A stretch of 64,000 bases of DNA from Raja brachyura (Eukaryota): contig OY740803.1 in assembly GCA_963514005.1 (NCBI GenBank), forward strand, positions 15,810,001-15,874,000. The letters are read 5' to 3'. Below, piece after piece: positions 27,894-39,766 of this stretch. Under the pieces are notes generated by a model that saw only the letters and a list, made by a program, of their open reading frames with translations, searched no databases and was not told the DNA's origin. How positions within the stretch are numbered: the stretch's first letter is position 1; the number at the start of each line of letters is the position of its first letter. Position numbers and translations under genes: made by a program.

Positions 27894-28291
27894 GTTTGGT
27901 GATCTTTTCAGAATGTTTAACTTCTAAACTTTCCTTTCTCTACCCATTCAATCAGTGTTGCGCATCAGACCCCAGACAAAAGAATAAATGCTCTCTCTGC
28001 CCCCAACGCTGATCATGCAGGCTCCGAGGAGTACTTTGCAATCGGTCAGCTTGGCTTTTTACCCGAAATTTCATTTTTGTTTATCATCCCATCAGCATTC
28101 TCTTGGAGCATCACTAAAAAAAACTCTTGAATTGTATTGCTTTATCAAAATATCTGCTGATCATTCACACTTTTAATGTTCTGCAATCTGAAATCCAAAC
28201 CTCACATAACAAATTTTAGGGGCAAAAGCTTTTGAAAAATAAAACTTCAAAAGCGCTCTAATGCTGTAAAGAGCTTACAGGTATTAAAAAC

Positions 28292-31200
28292 ATCTATTTT
28301 TAAGTGAATTGAAATGTAATTTGATTCCTCTTTACTGTGTTAAAGTTAATAATCCCTCTGCTGTGATAAAGCATAAGTGGCTGCCCTGATCATGGGACAA
28401 TTGTGTAGCCAACCTTCATGTGTTTAAAGTGGTTGCCATCCTCATTTGACAGGCTACTGCAACTCCATCATGTTCCTGGGTAGATATGGGATGATGGATA
28501 GGAAGTAACGCCTGGCTCTACTGCAGAACTTGTTCATGCTATCCAATTATGAAGCAACAACACCTGCCCCCAAGAACCCTTTGTAAAAGATACTGTCATT
28601 AATATTTACCTTGGAGAGCTCCATAGACCTTTTTTGGTGAAATAACCACACATTCCTTAAAAGAAATGTCAATAAGTGAAAGTTGTTTTTAACAATTATA
28701 TAAATAGTTTATTGAGTAAAGAATTAAAATAGTGCTGGAGTTTGCACACTAGATTTTGAACAATGCGTGAAGGCAGGTTTAGAATTCCTGAAGTGTTCCT
28801 TGAGATTCAAACCAATAATTTTTAGATAATGCCACATTTTGATATTTTGAGGTAATATTAGATTTTCCTTCCTTTTGTGTGAAATATTAATTTGTTGATG
28901 ATGTAATGGAATGATAATAAATCAACCTTGTTTATGTTCACATGCTGGAGCAATGGTACAAACATAAATCACTTAAAAAAAATATATATATCATCTCATC
29001 CTTAAGAGACATAAGATTGTGCAGCGGAGCATGACCACCTGACTGATTGGACCTCCTTGTCATTGGACGAAGCCTTTGTCAACACCATCTGGTAGCTAGA
29101 ATGCAATGACCAACCCTCATTAAATGAAATTAACACACATCCATCTTCTGCTCCTCAGAACTGGAAGAAGGATTCCGACCCGACACATCACCTATCCGTT
29201 CCCTCCACAGATGCTGCCTGACCCGCTGAGTGATACACGCTACTTATGCTTTTTTGTTTGCATTCATGTGTTATAAAATCCATCATTCAGAAAAGTAATA
29301 ATGGTATATCAACTTGCAAACTGCATCTCTGCTGCAAAACAGATCAGAGTCTCTTTGAGCTGCAGATGCAAAACTGGAATGAATCCCTGGCACCTATAGG
29401 TTTTGCACATCTGCAAATTAAGCGGAAATTGTGGACATCAGCTATCAGGATTGAGGAAGGGCTGACCAGCAGATGATATGGCTCCTCCCACCGACTTTCA
29501 TGGAACATGCAGCCCATTTACAGTATAGTACTGGTAATGCACTAGTAATTCAGCAGGCACGTGGAGCTGCAGATGCTGGAGCCTTGAGCAAAAGACAAAG
29601 TGCTGGAAAAACTCAGTAGTTCTGGCAGTATCAGCGGAATGAATGGACAGGCGACGTTTCAGGTTGGGACCCTTCTTCGGACTGAAGAAGGATCCCGAGC
29701 TGAAACATTGCCTGTCCATTCCCTCCACAGATGCTGCCTGATGTAGAGTTCTGCTATAATTCAGAAGCCTGAACTGACAATCCAAACATCTGACTTCAAC
29801 ATCCAGCATAACAGCAGAGAACTACAATTCAGTTAATAACTGTAATAGGAAAGAAAAGACCAGCTAACAGTAATCTAGACAACCAAAAGCGTGTCATGAG
29901 AACTCATTTAGTTCATCAGTGCCCTTCAGAAGAGGAAACCTGGTCAAGTCTCTACGTGATTTCATGAAAATGTGATAACCAGGGATGGACAATGTTTGCT
30001 GAAGTAACCAATGATCCTAACAAATGAACAAATAAGGTGGTAATTTGAAATAAAACTGACCTGATGAAACCAGTTAACCCTGCCTCGAATGGCAATTGAT
30101 TCCCGAGTTTGTTGCACGGAAAATAACGTCATGTCACCATACGGATAACCTGCTATTGCAACTCTTGGGCTGTTTGCACTAGTAATTCCAAAGGAATTAG
30201 ATCAAACTCAGGAACAACTCATTTGTAACATACTTGTTAACCAGGACAGTGCCATAAAAGTTACAAACCACCATTGTTCTATTTTGATATCAATGTTTTT
30301 TATATCACCATTTCGCCTTAGTTTCAGGTTTAATTTAAAAAAAATCTATTTTTAAGTGAATGGAAATTTAATTTGATTCCTCTTTACTGTGTTAAAGTTA
30401 GTAATCCCTCTGCTGTGATAAAGCATAAGTGGCTGCCCTGATCATGGGACAATTGTATAGCCAACCTTCATGTGTTTAAAGTGGTTGCCATCCTCATTTG
30501 ACAGGCTACTGCAACTCCTGGTTAGATACGGGATGATGGATAGGAAGTAACGCCTGGCTCTGCTGCAGAACTTGTTCATGCTATCCAATTATGAAGCAAC
30601 AACACCTGCCCCCAAGAACCCTTTGTAAAAGATACTGTCATTAATATTCACCTTGGAGAGCTCCATAGACCTTTTTTGGTGAAATAAGCACACATTCCTT
30701 AAAAAAATGTCAATGTGAAAGTTGTTTTTAACAATTATATAAATAGTTTATCGAGTAAAGAATTAAAATAGTGCTGGAGTTTGCACAATAGATTTTGAAC
30801 AATGCGTGAAGGCAGGTATAGAATTCCTGAAGTGTTCCTTGAGATTTAAACCGATAATTTTTAGATAATGTCACATTTTGATATTTTGAGGTAATATTGG
30901 ATTTTCCTTCATTTTGTGTGAAATATTAATTTGTTGATGATGTAATGGAATGATAATAAATCAACCTTGTTTATGTTCACATGCTGGAGCAATGGTACAA
31001 ACATAAATCACTTAAAATATATATATATATATTATCTCATCCTTAAGAGACATAAGATTGTGCAGCGGAGCATGACCACCTGACTGATTGGACCTCCTTG
31101 GTTGGTCCAAGGAGGTCCAATCTACCTCCTTGGATCAAGGAGGTCCTTTGCTGTTTGCACTACCTCCGTTGTGCAAACAGCAAATTACTGTTTGCACTAG

Positions 31201-31352
31201 TAATTCCAAAGGAATTAGATCAAACTCAGGAACAACTCATTTTTAACATGCTTGTTAACCAGGACACTGCAGTAAAAGTTACAAACCACCATTGTTCTAT
31301 TTTGATATCAATGTTTTTTATATCACCATTTCACCTTAGTTTAGGTTTAATT
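28292..31352 (+). repeat. Local tandem duplication A-X-B / A'-junction-B' in COX10 intron 5
   Basis: A is about 28292-29059 and A' about 30344-31100; B is about 30170-30336 and B' about 31188-31352. High identity is visible by direct comparison. Confidence 0.93.
29560..29742. mobile_element. Palindromic Penelope-derived element (head-to-head arms)
   Basis: Arms are inverted about cttcttcgg-a-ctgaagaag (centre about 29681). Similar inverted forms occur at about 5280-5437, 37733-37883, 39560-39680, 43935-44140 and 47928-48092. Confidence 0.75.
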
Positions 31353-32343
31353 TTTTTCTTTTCGAGAAGCCAGTTCTTCACTATTGGAAACATCCTCTCC
31401 ACATCCATACTATCAAGGCCTTTCGTTATTCACTAGATTTCAATGTCCCCTCATCCTTCTAAACTCTGGCATGTATGGGCCCAAAGCCATCAAATGCTCC
31501 CCTTACGTTAACCCAATAGATTACTGGATATTTGCAAAACTAAAAGATTTGTGAGCAGGGCCAGAAAGTCGCTTTCAAATACAAACTAGGGTCTTGCTTA
31601 ATAATAGACAGCCTCCTGAAGGGCTGAATGTGCTACTCTTGCTCCTGTTTCTCATATTATTATATGCATTCTACTAGCCTGAGTAATCATGCACATCAGC
31701 AGGGGCTCAGCTTTGTTCACCTGGGTTTGCTGGGAGCAATTGGTGTTTGGGAAATCAAGCAGCTGAAATCTGGAACCCAACCTGTCCATTTCTCAAGCAA
31801 TAAACTCCAAAACATCAGGAAAGATGCCACTGATCCCTAGAATTTAATTGTATTAGTTCAATTAACATATGGAAATTACATCCCTATTTCCACCAGCCAA
31901 TTTGTCGTCCTGAAGTTGTAAAAAATGATTTAAATATATCCTGCTGAAAGTTGCTGAATGTTCAATAAACAAACAAGCTTGATGTGTAATGATTATCACC
32001 GTTTGTGTGCAATCTATGGTTCATTTAATCATTGCTGAGTTTGTGTTCAGTCAGCCTAATGTAGAGCAATGTTTGTCATGTCCAGATGGGTCATTAAATA
32101 GCCTACGTGAAACATCCTCCCATTATTCACTCTTCCAGAGGTCCTTGCAAATGTGAACTGATAAATGTGCTGTACCTAATTTCAGAAGAATAAAAAGAAA
32201 ACTTGTGCAGTTCCTTACAATTAATAGTTTTTAATGCAGTCATTTTGAAAACAAAATACTCATTTGAGAATTCAATGCACTCCATCATACCCATCCTTGA
32301 TCGAGGAAATTAATATTTGCCTAACTATAGCATAGTGCTTAAA

Positions 32344-32632
32344 GCACGGTAGCATAGTGGTTGTGTTGCTGCCTTACAGCGCCAAAGACCTGGGTTTGAT
32401 TCTAACCGTGCTGTCTGTAGGGAGTTTGTACGTTTTCCCTGTGACCGCATGGGTTTTCTCTGGGTGTTCCTGATTCCTCCACAATCCAGGTTTGTAGGTT
32501 AATTGACTTTGGTAAAAAAATATAAATTATCCCCAGTACAGTACGTAGGATAGTGCTAGTGAATCATTGGTCGGTGCAGACACGTTGGGCAGTAGGGCCC
32601 ATTTCCACGCTTTATCTCTAAACGAAACTAAA
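32344..32632 (+). mobile_element. HE1-like V-SINE
   Basis: Collinear with 13715-14008. Confidence 0.8.
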
Positions 32633-32887
32633 AGTAGCGTAAGCAAGTTCATTCATAATCACAAACTAAACACCTGTAACTGATGTAAATGTTTTGTGGC
32701 ATGGGATGGTAAAGGAGAAAATGAAAACTGGCAATTTTTTGAGTTTATGATGTACTGTATCACCAGTTGTGCATCCCTGAGATCTTAAACAGTGTGTTGT
32801 CGCAATGTAGAGATTAACTTTTCTTGTGGCTACCTGTGAATTACATATCCAGCTTGCTGATCTGTGTGTTTTCTTTTAAACCCTTAG

Positions 32888-33120
32888 TCCTTTACATGCA
32901 GTATCCTTCGCTGCCGCCTGCAGTGTGCCCGGTATAGCGGTTTTGGCACTTGGAATTAACCCACTAACTGGAGCATTGGGAGCCTTTAACATTTTCCTCT
33001 ACACATGTTGCTACACCCCAATGAAACGGCTGAGTATTCTCAACACCTGGGTGGGCTCTGTGGTTGGTGCTATTCCTCCAGTCATGGGCTGGACAGCAGC
33101 CACTGGCAGTATCAGCGCAG
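32888..33120 (+). CDS. COX10: COX10 internal exon, equivalent to human exon 6
   Basis: ccttag acceptor and gtaagt donor bound a 233-nt exon encoding (S)[77 protein letters not shown](G). YTPxKR and GAIPPxMGW are COX10 motifs, and the phases fit both neighbouring exons. Confidence 0.96.
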
Positions 33121-33481
33121 GTAAGTCTTTTACTAATCAATCTTCCAAGGAAGAATAAAGATGTGCATTGACCATACAGCAATTTGATTTTGTAAAAATT
33201 CATCTATATCAATTGTAAATATGAATTGTAATTTTAAGATGAACAGCTTGGAGGAACAAAATCTCCTATTACCTGATACAACTGTTCATTGGGTCAGACC
33301 AGATGGAAAAACCTTAACAATGTTGTATCATTAGTTGAATAACTAAATCCTGCACCTGGAAGGTATTCTATACATGTAAGTTGATTGAAAGATGAATCAA
33401 ATACAGTGGAGGAACAACCTATTGGATCATGCTGAGTAGATGAATAAGGAATAGCTGACTTATTACAGATGTGTACTATCA

Positions 33482-33761
33482 CTTTAGATTTCAGAGATGC
33501 AATGTGGAAACAGGCCCTTCGGCGCACCAAGTCCATACCGACCAACGATCACCCCGTATTCTAACGCTATCATACACACTAGAACAATTTATAATTTCCA
33601 GAAACCAATTCACCAACAAACCTGTACGTCTCTGGCATGTGGGAGGAAACTAGGGCACCCGGATAAAACCCACGCAGTCACAGTGAGACAGCACCCGTAG
33701 TCAGGATCAAACCCAGGTCTCTGGTAATTCTGTAAGGCAGCCACTGCGCCTCTGTGCTGCC
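33482..33761 (-). mobile_element. HE1-like V-SINE, minus strand
   Basis: Reverse complement of the same family (ggaaacaggcccttcggc, gtgggaggaaac, tcaggatcaaaccc). Confidence 0.8.
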
Positions 33762-35439
33762 AAAATGTTTATTTCTGTAACATAAATTATATTCCTTTAA
33801 ACACTTATTTCGAACTGATCTAGTCGTATTTCAAACGTGCTCTCCCTCATGAAACCATCAATGTGCGCATCAGTATTGTTGGGTTAAGTCTGTTGTTCAC
33901 CGTGCATTAAATGGCCACCAATTTTATAATTTAAACCAATTAGTTGTGTTTGGTTGTTTATGCAGGATGTCATTGAGTCTCTGTTACTGTGAGGATCAAA
34001 GTGATAGTTCAATGAATGTTCATCCCATGATTATTTCTAAACCTGACTCTTTCCGGCACCAAGGTTTAATTGGACATAAACAACGTCTGCAGCCATTTAG
34101 ATGAATGAATATTTTCCGGGCACACATTCAAATCATCGAATACACTTGACATGCTTGTTGCTAAATGCTATCTTATTCCGAAACCAAATGCAGAAAAGCA
34201 CAAGTTAAAGGCTTACAACTAATGCACAAACCACCCAACTGCTGATCTAGCCCTGTCCCAGTGGACACACAATGGCCCTTATCATTAATTGTTCATCAGA
34301 TAAAGAGATTTTCTCATGGTGGGTGGTGGCACTGTAGAAGAGCACTTGACACGATGCATCCTTGGTGGCCTCAGATCATCACGATTCCAAGGGCCAATGT
34401 TTTATCCCAGATATTAATGATACAAAAAGCTGCTGCAATTTTCACTCATGGAATGTTTCTACTTCAATATTGCTTTATCTAAAGTGGGTTAATGAAGGCG
34501 TTGCTGCCCTGTTGCTAGCAGGCATATTCAAACTTCAATGGTTGGTGGAGAGTGAGCTCAAAATTGAGTTTTAAACACATTCCATTTTTTCACACACTGT
34601 GGTCTCCGCTGTAACCCTATTTAAAAGACTGAGGCAGATTTGAGTGGAGCTGTCTATATTTGTATCTCTGGATCTCAGCAAGGCAGGATTCCCCCAAGTG
34701 TAAACAAATCTTCATTCCATTACAACCACCAGCACATGTGTGTAAATGCAATATAAGGGCATGCACTCTAGCTTAAGTTAACATTCAGAATATGTATCTG
34801 AATAGGTCCTTGTAACAAATTGCAATTAACGTGATGAACAAATGTCAAAATCATTTTAGTAGATGTCAATTATCTAAAATCAAGGCTACATTTCAATTCA
34901 TTTCATAACAATTCAACACTCAACACAGAATGTATGTGGTATAATTGTCTTTCTGGAACCATAAGCATTTTCCTATTCTGTGCTTTTTGTATAAGTTCTA
35001 AATAAACTGCTGCCACTAGCGGCCACACTATAATGGCCTTTGAGCTACCTGGGAACAGTAAAGCTCGCTGTTTCTCTGACATATTTCCAAGTGAACCTAG
35101 CATATGTAACTCGTAATCTGTCATCAGAGTGACCCTGTTCTGAGACACTAATGTAAACAGGGCAGTTTCAGGATTGGTCATCTTCACTGACTAGATACCC
35201 ATTCCATCTGCTAATGTAAACAAGGCTAATGATTCTTGTGCATCCTGTCACTTCCATGCTGTGACCCATAAAGAAGACTGTCAAAGGGTAATTACAGCAT
35301 ATCATTTTTGTCCTTCCTGTGGGGAGAATTATAATCATCATCATGATAATGAGTTCTTCCTCAATTCATAGTTTTTTGTAATTGCACATTGTATTCTATT
35401 TCTGCTGTTGTGTCTTTTACCTGTGATTAATGAAATTAT

Positions 35440-35985
35440 TGAACCATACAGCATGGAACAGGCCATTTAACACAACTCTTCCATGCTGAGCCGAAGCTTA
35501 CTTCTGCATTAACCCTATTGCACAGCACTTGGTCCATGGCCTTCCACGCCTAAACGATTCAATTGTTCATCTGGACACTTCATACATACTGTCAGTGATT
35601 TAGTTTTCAGTCTTTCACCACTCTTCACAGGCAGTGCATTCCAAAACCTTACCACACTCTGGATGAAGAAGATCATCCTAATATCTTCTCTGAATTTCAC
35701 TACCTTACCCCCTTACCCTCAACCTATGCAGCCTACCTTTACCTTTGATATGGGGAAGGGTATCCCGCAGCCTGTGCTAGCTGTGCCCTTCACAATTCTA
35801 TATACCTGTCGTGTCCCCTCTTAACCTTCTCTCCTCCAGGGAGAAAATACTTAGTTTCTCCAAACACTCTTCATAAAAGAACTGCTTCATCCAGGGCAAC
35901 GCCATGGTGAATCCCCTCTGCACCTTCTCCAGTGATATCACATCCTTCCTATAGCTTGTAACCAGAATTAGACACATTACTCCAG
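35440..35985 (-). mobile_element. CR1 3' fragment
   Basis: Minus-strand YRKDVISLEKVQRGFT...YEECLEKLSIFSLEERRLRGD and VVRFWNALP. Confidence 0.8.
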
Positions 35986-36847
35986 CCACCGGCGGGGGAG
36001 GGGTGTGTGGGGGTGGGGGTGTTATGGGGGTGGGGGTGTTATGGGGGCGGGGGGGTGTTATGGGGGCAGGGGGGTGTGAGCGGAGGGGAGTTATGGGGGA
36101 GGGGGGTGTGGGTTGGGAGGAGTTGTGGGGGTAGAGCGGTGTGTGGGCGGGAGGGGAAGTTGTGGGGTGAGAGAAATTTGTGGGGGGGGGGGAGTGAGCT
36201 CGGGAAAAAGGCATGGAAGAGCCATGGGCGAGAGGAGGTTATCACGGAGGAGGGGGGATGAGCCAGCGAGGGGGACCAGAGGGGTAGTGACTGGAATTGG
36301 CGGTGCGATGAGGACTCACAGCAGGCGCTGGTCGCTGATCATTCTCCTCCGCCGGGATCAGAGTCTCCGTTTTCCGTTTGGTGACATCTCTGACTCCAGG
36401 CTGGGCTGGGTCTCCGATGCTGGGCTGGGCCGGGTCTCTGACGCTGGGCTGGCTCTGCAACGCTGGGCTGCTCGGGGCTGGGCTGCTTCGGATCCCTCCG
36501 AAAATTGTGTCCGGTGGGAAACCTACGCCGGCTCTCCACAGCTCCAGTATAGACGCGATGGTACAGGAAGGGGCGGACCGTTCCGGTGAGTGACAGGGGA
36601 AGAGACTAATGCGCGTGGCGCTGAACGGCAGAAGAGATCGATCTGCGCACGCGCGGTTTTTAAGATTTTTTAAACCTCGCTCATTTTTACGACAGTCACC
36701 TGATCGAAACCTTGGTGCAATCGCAGCATTGGAGAACTGTGAGTGAACTGGAGAAAAATTGTAGCGCTATTGTGAACCGTTTTTGTGCAGGTAGAAAGAC
36801 CGCACAAACCAGAAGATAATAAGATCAGAGTTTTAGTTATGTATAGA
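35986..36847 (-). mobile_element. Probable non-autonomous Helitron-like element lacking its 3' CTAG end
   Basis: The minus strand begins A|TCTATACATAACTAAAACTCTGATC, a Helitron-style 5' end. The interior is GC- and CpG-rich with G-rich minisatellites, and the element abuts a CR1 fragment. Confidence 0.45.
35992..36192 (+). repeat. G-rich minisatellite (GGGGGTGTTATGGGGG-type units)
   Basis: More than 20 runs of at least three G in 200 nt. Confidence 0.85.
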
Positions 36848-37599
36848 TACTTTAATATAATATACTAATGTATAGTGTAGATAAAATATAGATAAATAAT
36901 GCATTCATATTTTTCAGAAAGTAGATAAATAAATGCTTAATATAATAGATTCCACAAATACAAATCCATCATCAATACATTCCATTATAGGAGGAGGCTT
37001 ATAATTTTCTAAAAAATACTTTCATTTCGTTATCTGCAAAAAATAAATTAATGATGCAGGGCTATGATTGTCGGTATCCTTACTTTGGGAATGTCCAAGG
37101 TTTGTAACAATGTTTCTGCCTTATGGGGGCTTCCCATTACTATTAAATGACACAGTGTCATCGATGTCTGCCTTTGCTGAGAGATAGAGAGTGATCCATG
37201 TTATTTAGTGCTTCATCCTTTATTCCCTGGGAGAAGGACAATGTTGTGCACAAGGAAGATTGATGAGGGACATTTGTTTACACGTGTGTGTGACCCATTC
37301 TAGTGAACCCATCCTAGTCATCAATGGCATGGAGCTCCTTCTTCAAGCGTGCTCAAACACCTGTGATGGCTGTGCACTACAGCTCAGTGACTGAGATTGG
37401 GGTGGAGGTGATGCAAGTTAAACAGTTTCCATTAAGATTAGTTCTACTCCAGTGGAGGATCTGTTGGTGTTGGGATGGAATAGTGAGACAAGGAAAATTA
37501 AAAAGGTTGGACCGTGACACAGTCTGCACTGGGGCTGGGTCTACATTGCATCTGTTGGTTAGGAGTATAGTTTGCAAGACATAATTTGGGAAACAAGGA

Positions 37600-38270
37600 A
37601 TAGTTTAATTATTGTCACTGCACCGAGGTACAGTGAAGAGCTTTTGCTTTTGCATGTTCTCCAGTCAAAGTAACGACGATCCATGAATACAATCAAGGAC
37701 CCACAGTGCACAGATAAAGAATAAAGGGTACACTGAAGATAGACATAAAATTCCGGAGTAACTCAGCGGGTCAGGCAACATCTCTGCAGAAAAGGAATAG
37801 GTGACATTTTAGGTCAAGACCCAACATCAGACTGAATTACTCCAGCATTTTGTGTCTACCTCTGGTGCAGTCCCCTCTTACACATAAAGGATACAGAATT
37901 TAGTACAAAATATCGCATTTAGTACAAAATATAGCATTGAGGTCCAATATAGTCAGAATAAAGATTATTCAAAGGTCTCCATTGAGATAGATGGGAGGTC
38001 AGCGTTGTACTCTAGCTGTGAGAGGCCTGTTCAATTGCCTGATAACAGCTGAGAAGAAACTGTTCCGGTATAGGGAGGTATTTGTTTTCAAACTTCTGAA
38101 CTTACCTGATGGGAGAGGGGAGAAGGAGGGAGTGATCGGGGTGAGACTGGTCCTTGATTATGCTGGTGGCCTTGCTGAGGCAGCATGAAGTGTAGATAGA
38201 GTCATTGGAAAGGAGGCTGATCTGCATGATGGTCCACAACTCTCTGCAATGTAGATGAACTTCTGGGATC
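37600..38270 (-). mobile_element. Rex1-like LINE 3' end, interrupted by a Penelope-derived insert at 37733-37883
   Basis: Same 3' UTR as 16672-16900 (ttattgtca...gtacagtgaa.agctttt) and a gcctgataacagctgagaagaaactgttcc segment. Confidence 0.72.
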
Positions 38271-38482
38271 AACTAGATTTGAGAAGGATTCTCCTCAGTT
38301 CATCTGGGTTGACAGAGGCAAAGGATTCTGTAAGCTTGAAAAAGATCATGTATGGCTGCTGATCCCTCCTCCTGCATCTACAAAAAATTGCACTTCCCAA
38401 TCCTGGTGAGGAGAGAGCTGGTAAAGGCCTTCTGAAATGGATTTTCTACCCAACATTGCACAACAATTTCCACCCTACAGAT

Positions 38483-38878
38483 GGTAGACGAAAATGCTGG
38501 AGAAACTCAGCGGGTGAGGCAGCATCTATGGAGCGAAGGAATAGGTGACGTTTCGGGTCAAGACCCTTCTTCAGACTGATGTGGGGGGGAGGAAGAAGAA
38601 CAGAAGAAGCAGAGACAATAGGCTGTGGGAGAGCTGAGAAGGGGAGGGGAAAGAGGGAGAGAGCAAGACTACCTGAAATTGGATGTCAATGTTCATACCG
38701 CTGGGGTGTAAACTACCCAAGCGAAATATGAGGTGCTGCCCCTCCAATTTGCAGTGGGACTCACTCTGGCCATGGAGGAGGCCCAGGACAGAAAGGTCGG
38801 ATTCGGAATGGGAGGGGGAGTTGTAGTGCTGAGCCACCGGGAGATCAGGTTGGTTAATGCGAGCTGTGCAGAGGTGTT
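38483..38878 (-). mobile_element. Penelope-like element 3' fragment: GIY-YIG endonuclease C-terminus plus pLTR with hammerhead motif
   Basis: Minus-strand PVAQHYNSPSHSESDLSVLGL...CKLEGQHLIFRLGSLHPSGMNID resembles the PLE GIY-YIG C-terminus. It is followed by a pyrimidine tract and the repeat unit seen about 15 times in the window. Confidence 0.82.
38547..38574 (-). ncRNA. Minimal type I hammerhead ribozyme motif (intact core)
   Basis: The minus strand reads CTGAAGA A GGGTC TT GACCC GAAA CGTC: CUGAnGA core, stem II, GAAA, palindromic ACGU stem III and GUC cleavage triplet. Activity is not shown. Confidence 0.7.
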
Positions 38879-39766
38879 GTTTACATCTTCCAATGCTTGC
38901 TCAAAGGCCATGTGAAAAAAAATTGTGTTTGAATTTCTGTCCCCCACTAGAGAACAACTCCATGTCGGCTTCGATATTACTTTGTAAGGCCTTAATCAAT
39001 GTTTAGCTTGCTGTTAGTGGATTGTGCAAAAATCTGGACACAGTATATAACTGCTATAACTGCACATACCATGCCCTTGGCTCCTTCCCACTTTTTTTGC
39101 ATCTGTAATATAATTAATATCTTGCTTTTGTAAAATGAATTTTTAAGCAAATTAAAACAGTACATTTTTAATCACATTCTGAATCATTCATTAGCACATA
39201 TGACATCTTAAGTAGATTAAATCTGATGCTCATTGATCTACTGTGAAATTAATTTTTGTGTTTACACATTTTTTTTAATAAGACATTGCAGTGGACTTTT
39301 TGACTAATAAGGCAGAATTAACGTGAATCAAAAAGTTTTAAAAATGTACTCAGTATTCACTTTTAAGTGCTCTTTTTAATTCAGTGTTTGTTTCGCCTGG
39401 TTTTAAGAAGATTCTTTGCATTTGTTAATGGCAAAACAATGTACACGCTGGGCATTGTAATGCGTAGAAGAATAATCAAAGTTGATTTTGCCGTACTTCA
39501 GAAGGGCTTCAACCTTGAAAAGAGAAAATGTTTTGTAAAAGATATTCTTAAAGGGGAAAAAAACAGTGCTGGAGTAACGGTGGGTTAGGCAGCATCTGTG
39601 GTGAACTCAGATGCTGAGTTACTCCAGCATTACCTTTTTCTTGTAAACTAGCACTCGCAGTTTTTTTGCTTCTCTATATTCTTAACGGAATTCAATAATG
39701 TGGGGCAAGAAAATTTTAATTCCTTAATGTTTCAAGCCTAAGACATCTCCCTTTCTCTTTGTTTAG

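Noticed and set aside
31086-31205. CRISPR array, terminator or miRNA cluster interpretation of the hairpins
   Set aside because: Eukaryotic context, no repeat-spacer periodicity, and all arms derive from the immediate flanks.
35798-36593. Pro-rich and Gly-rich ORFs
   Set aside because: They result from a G-rich minisatellite, a CR1 remnant and GC-rich repeat sequence.
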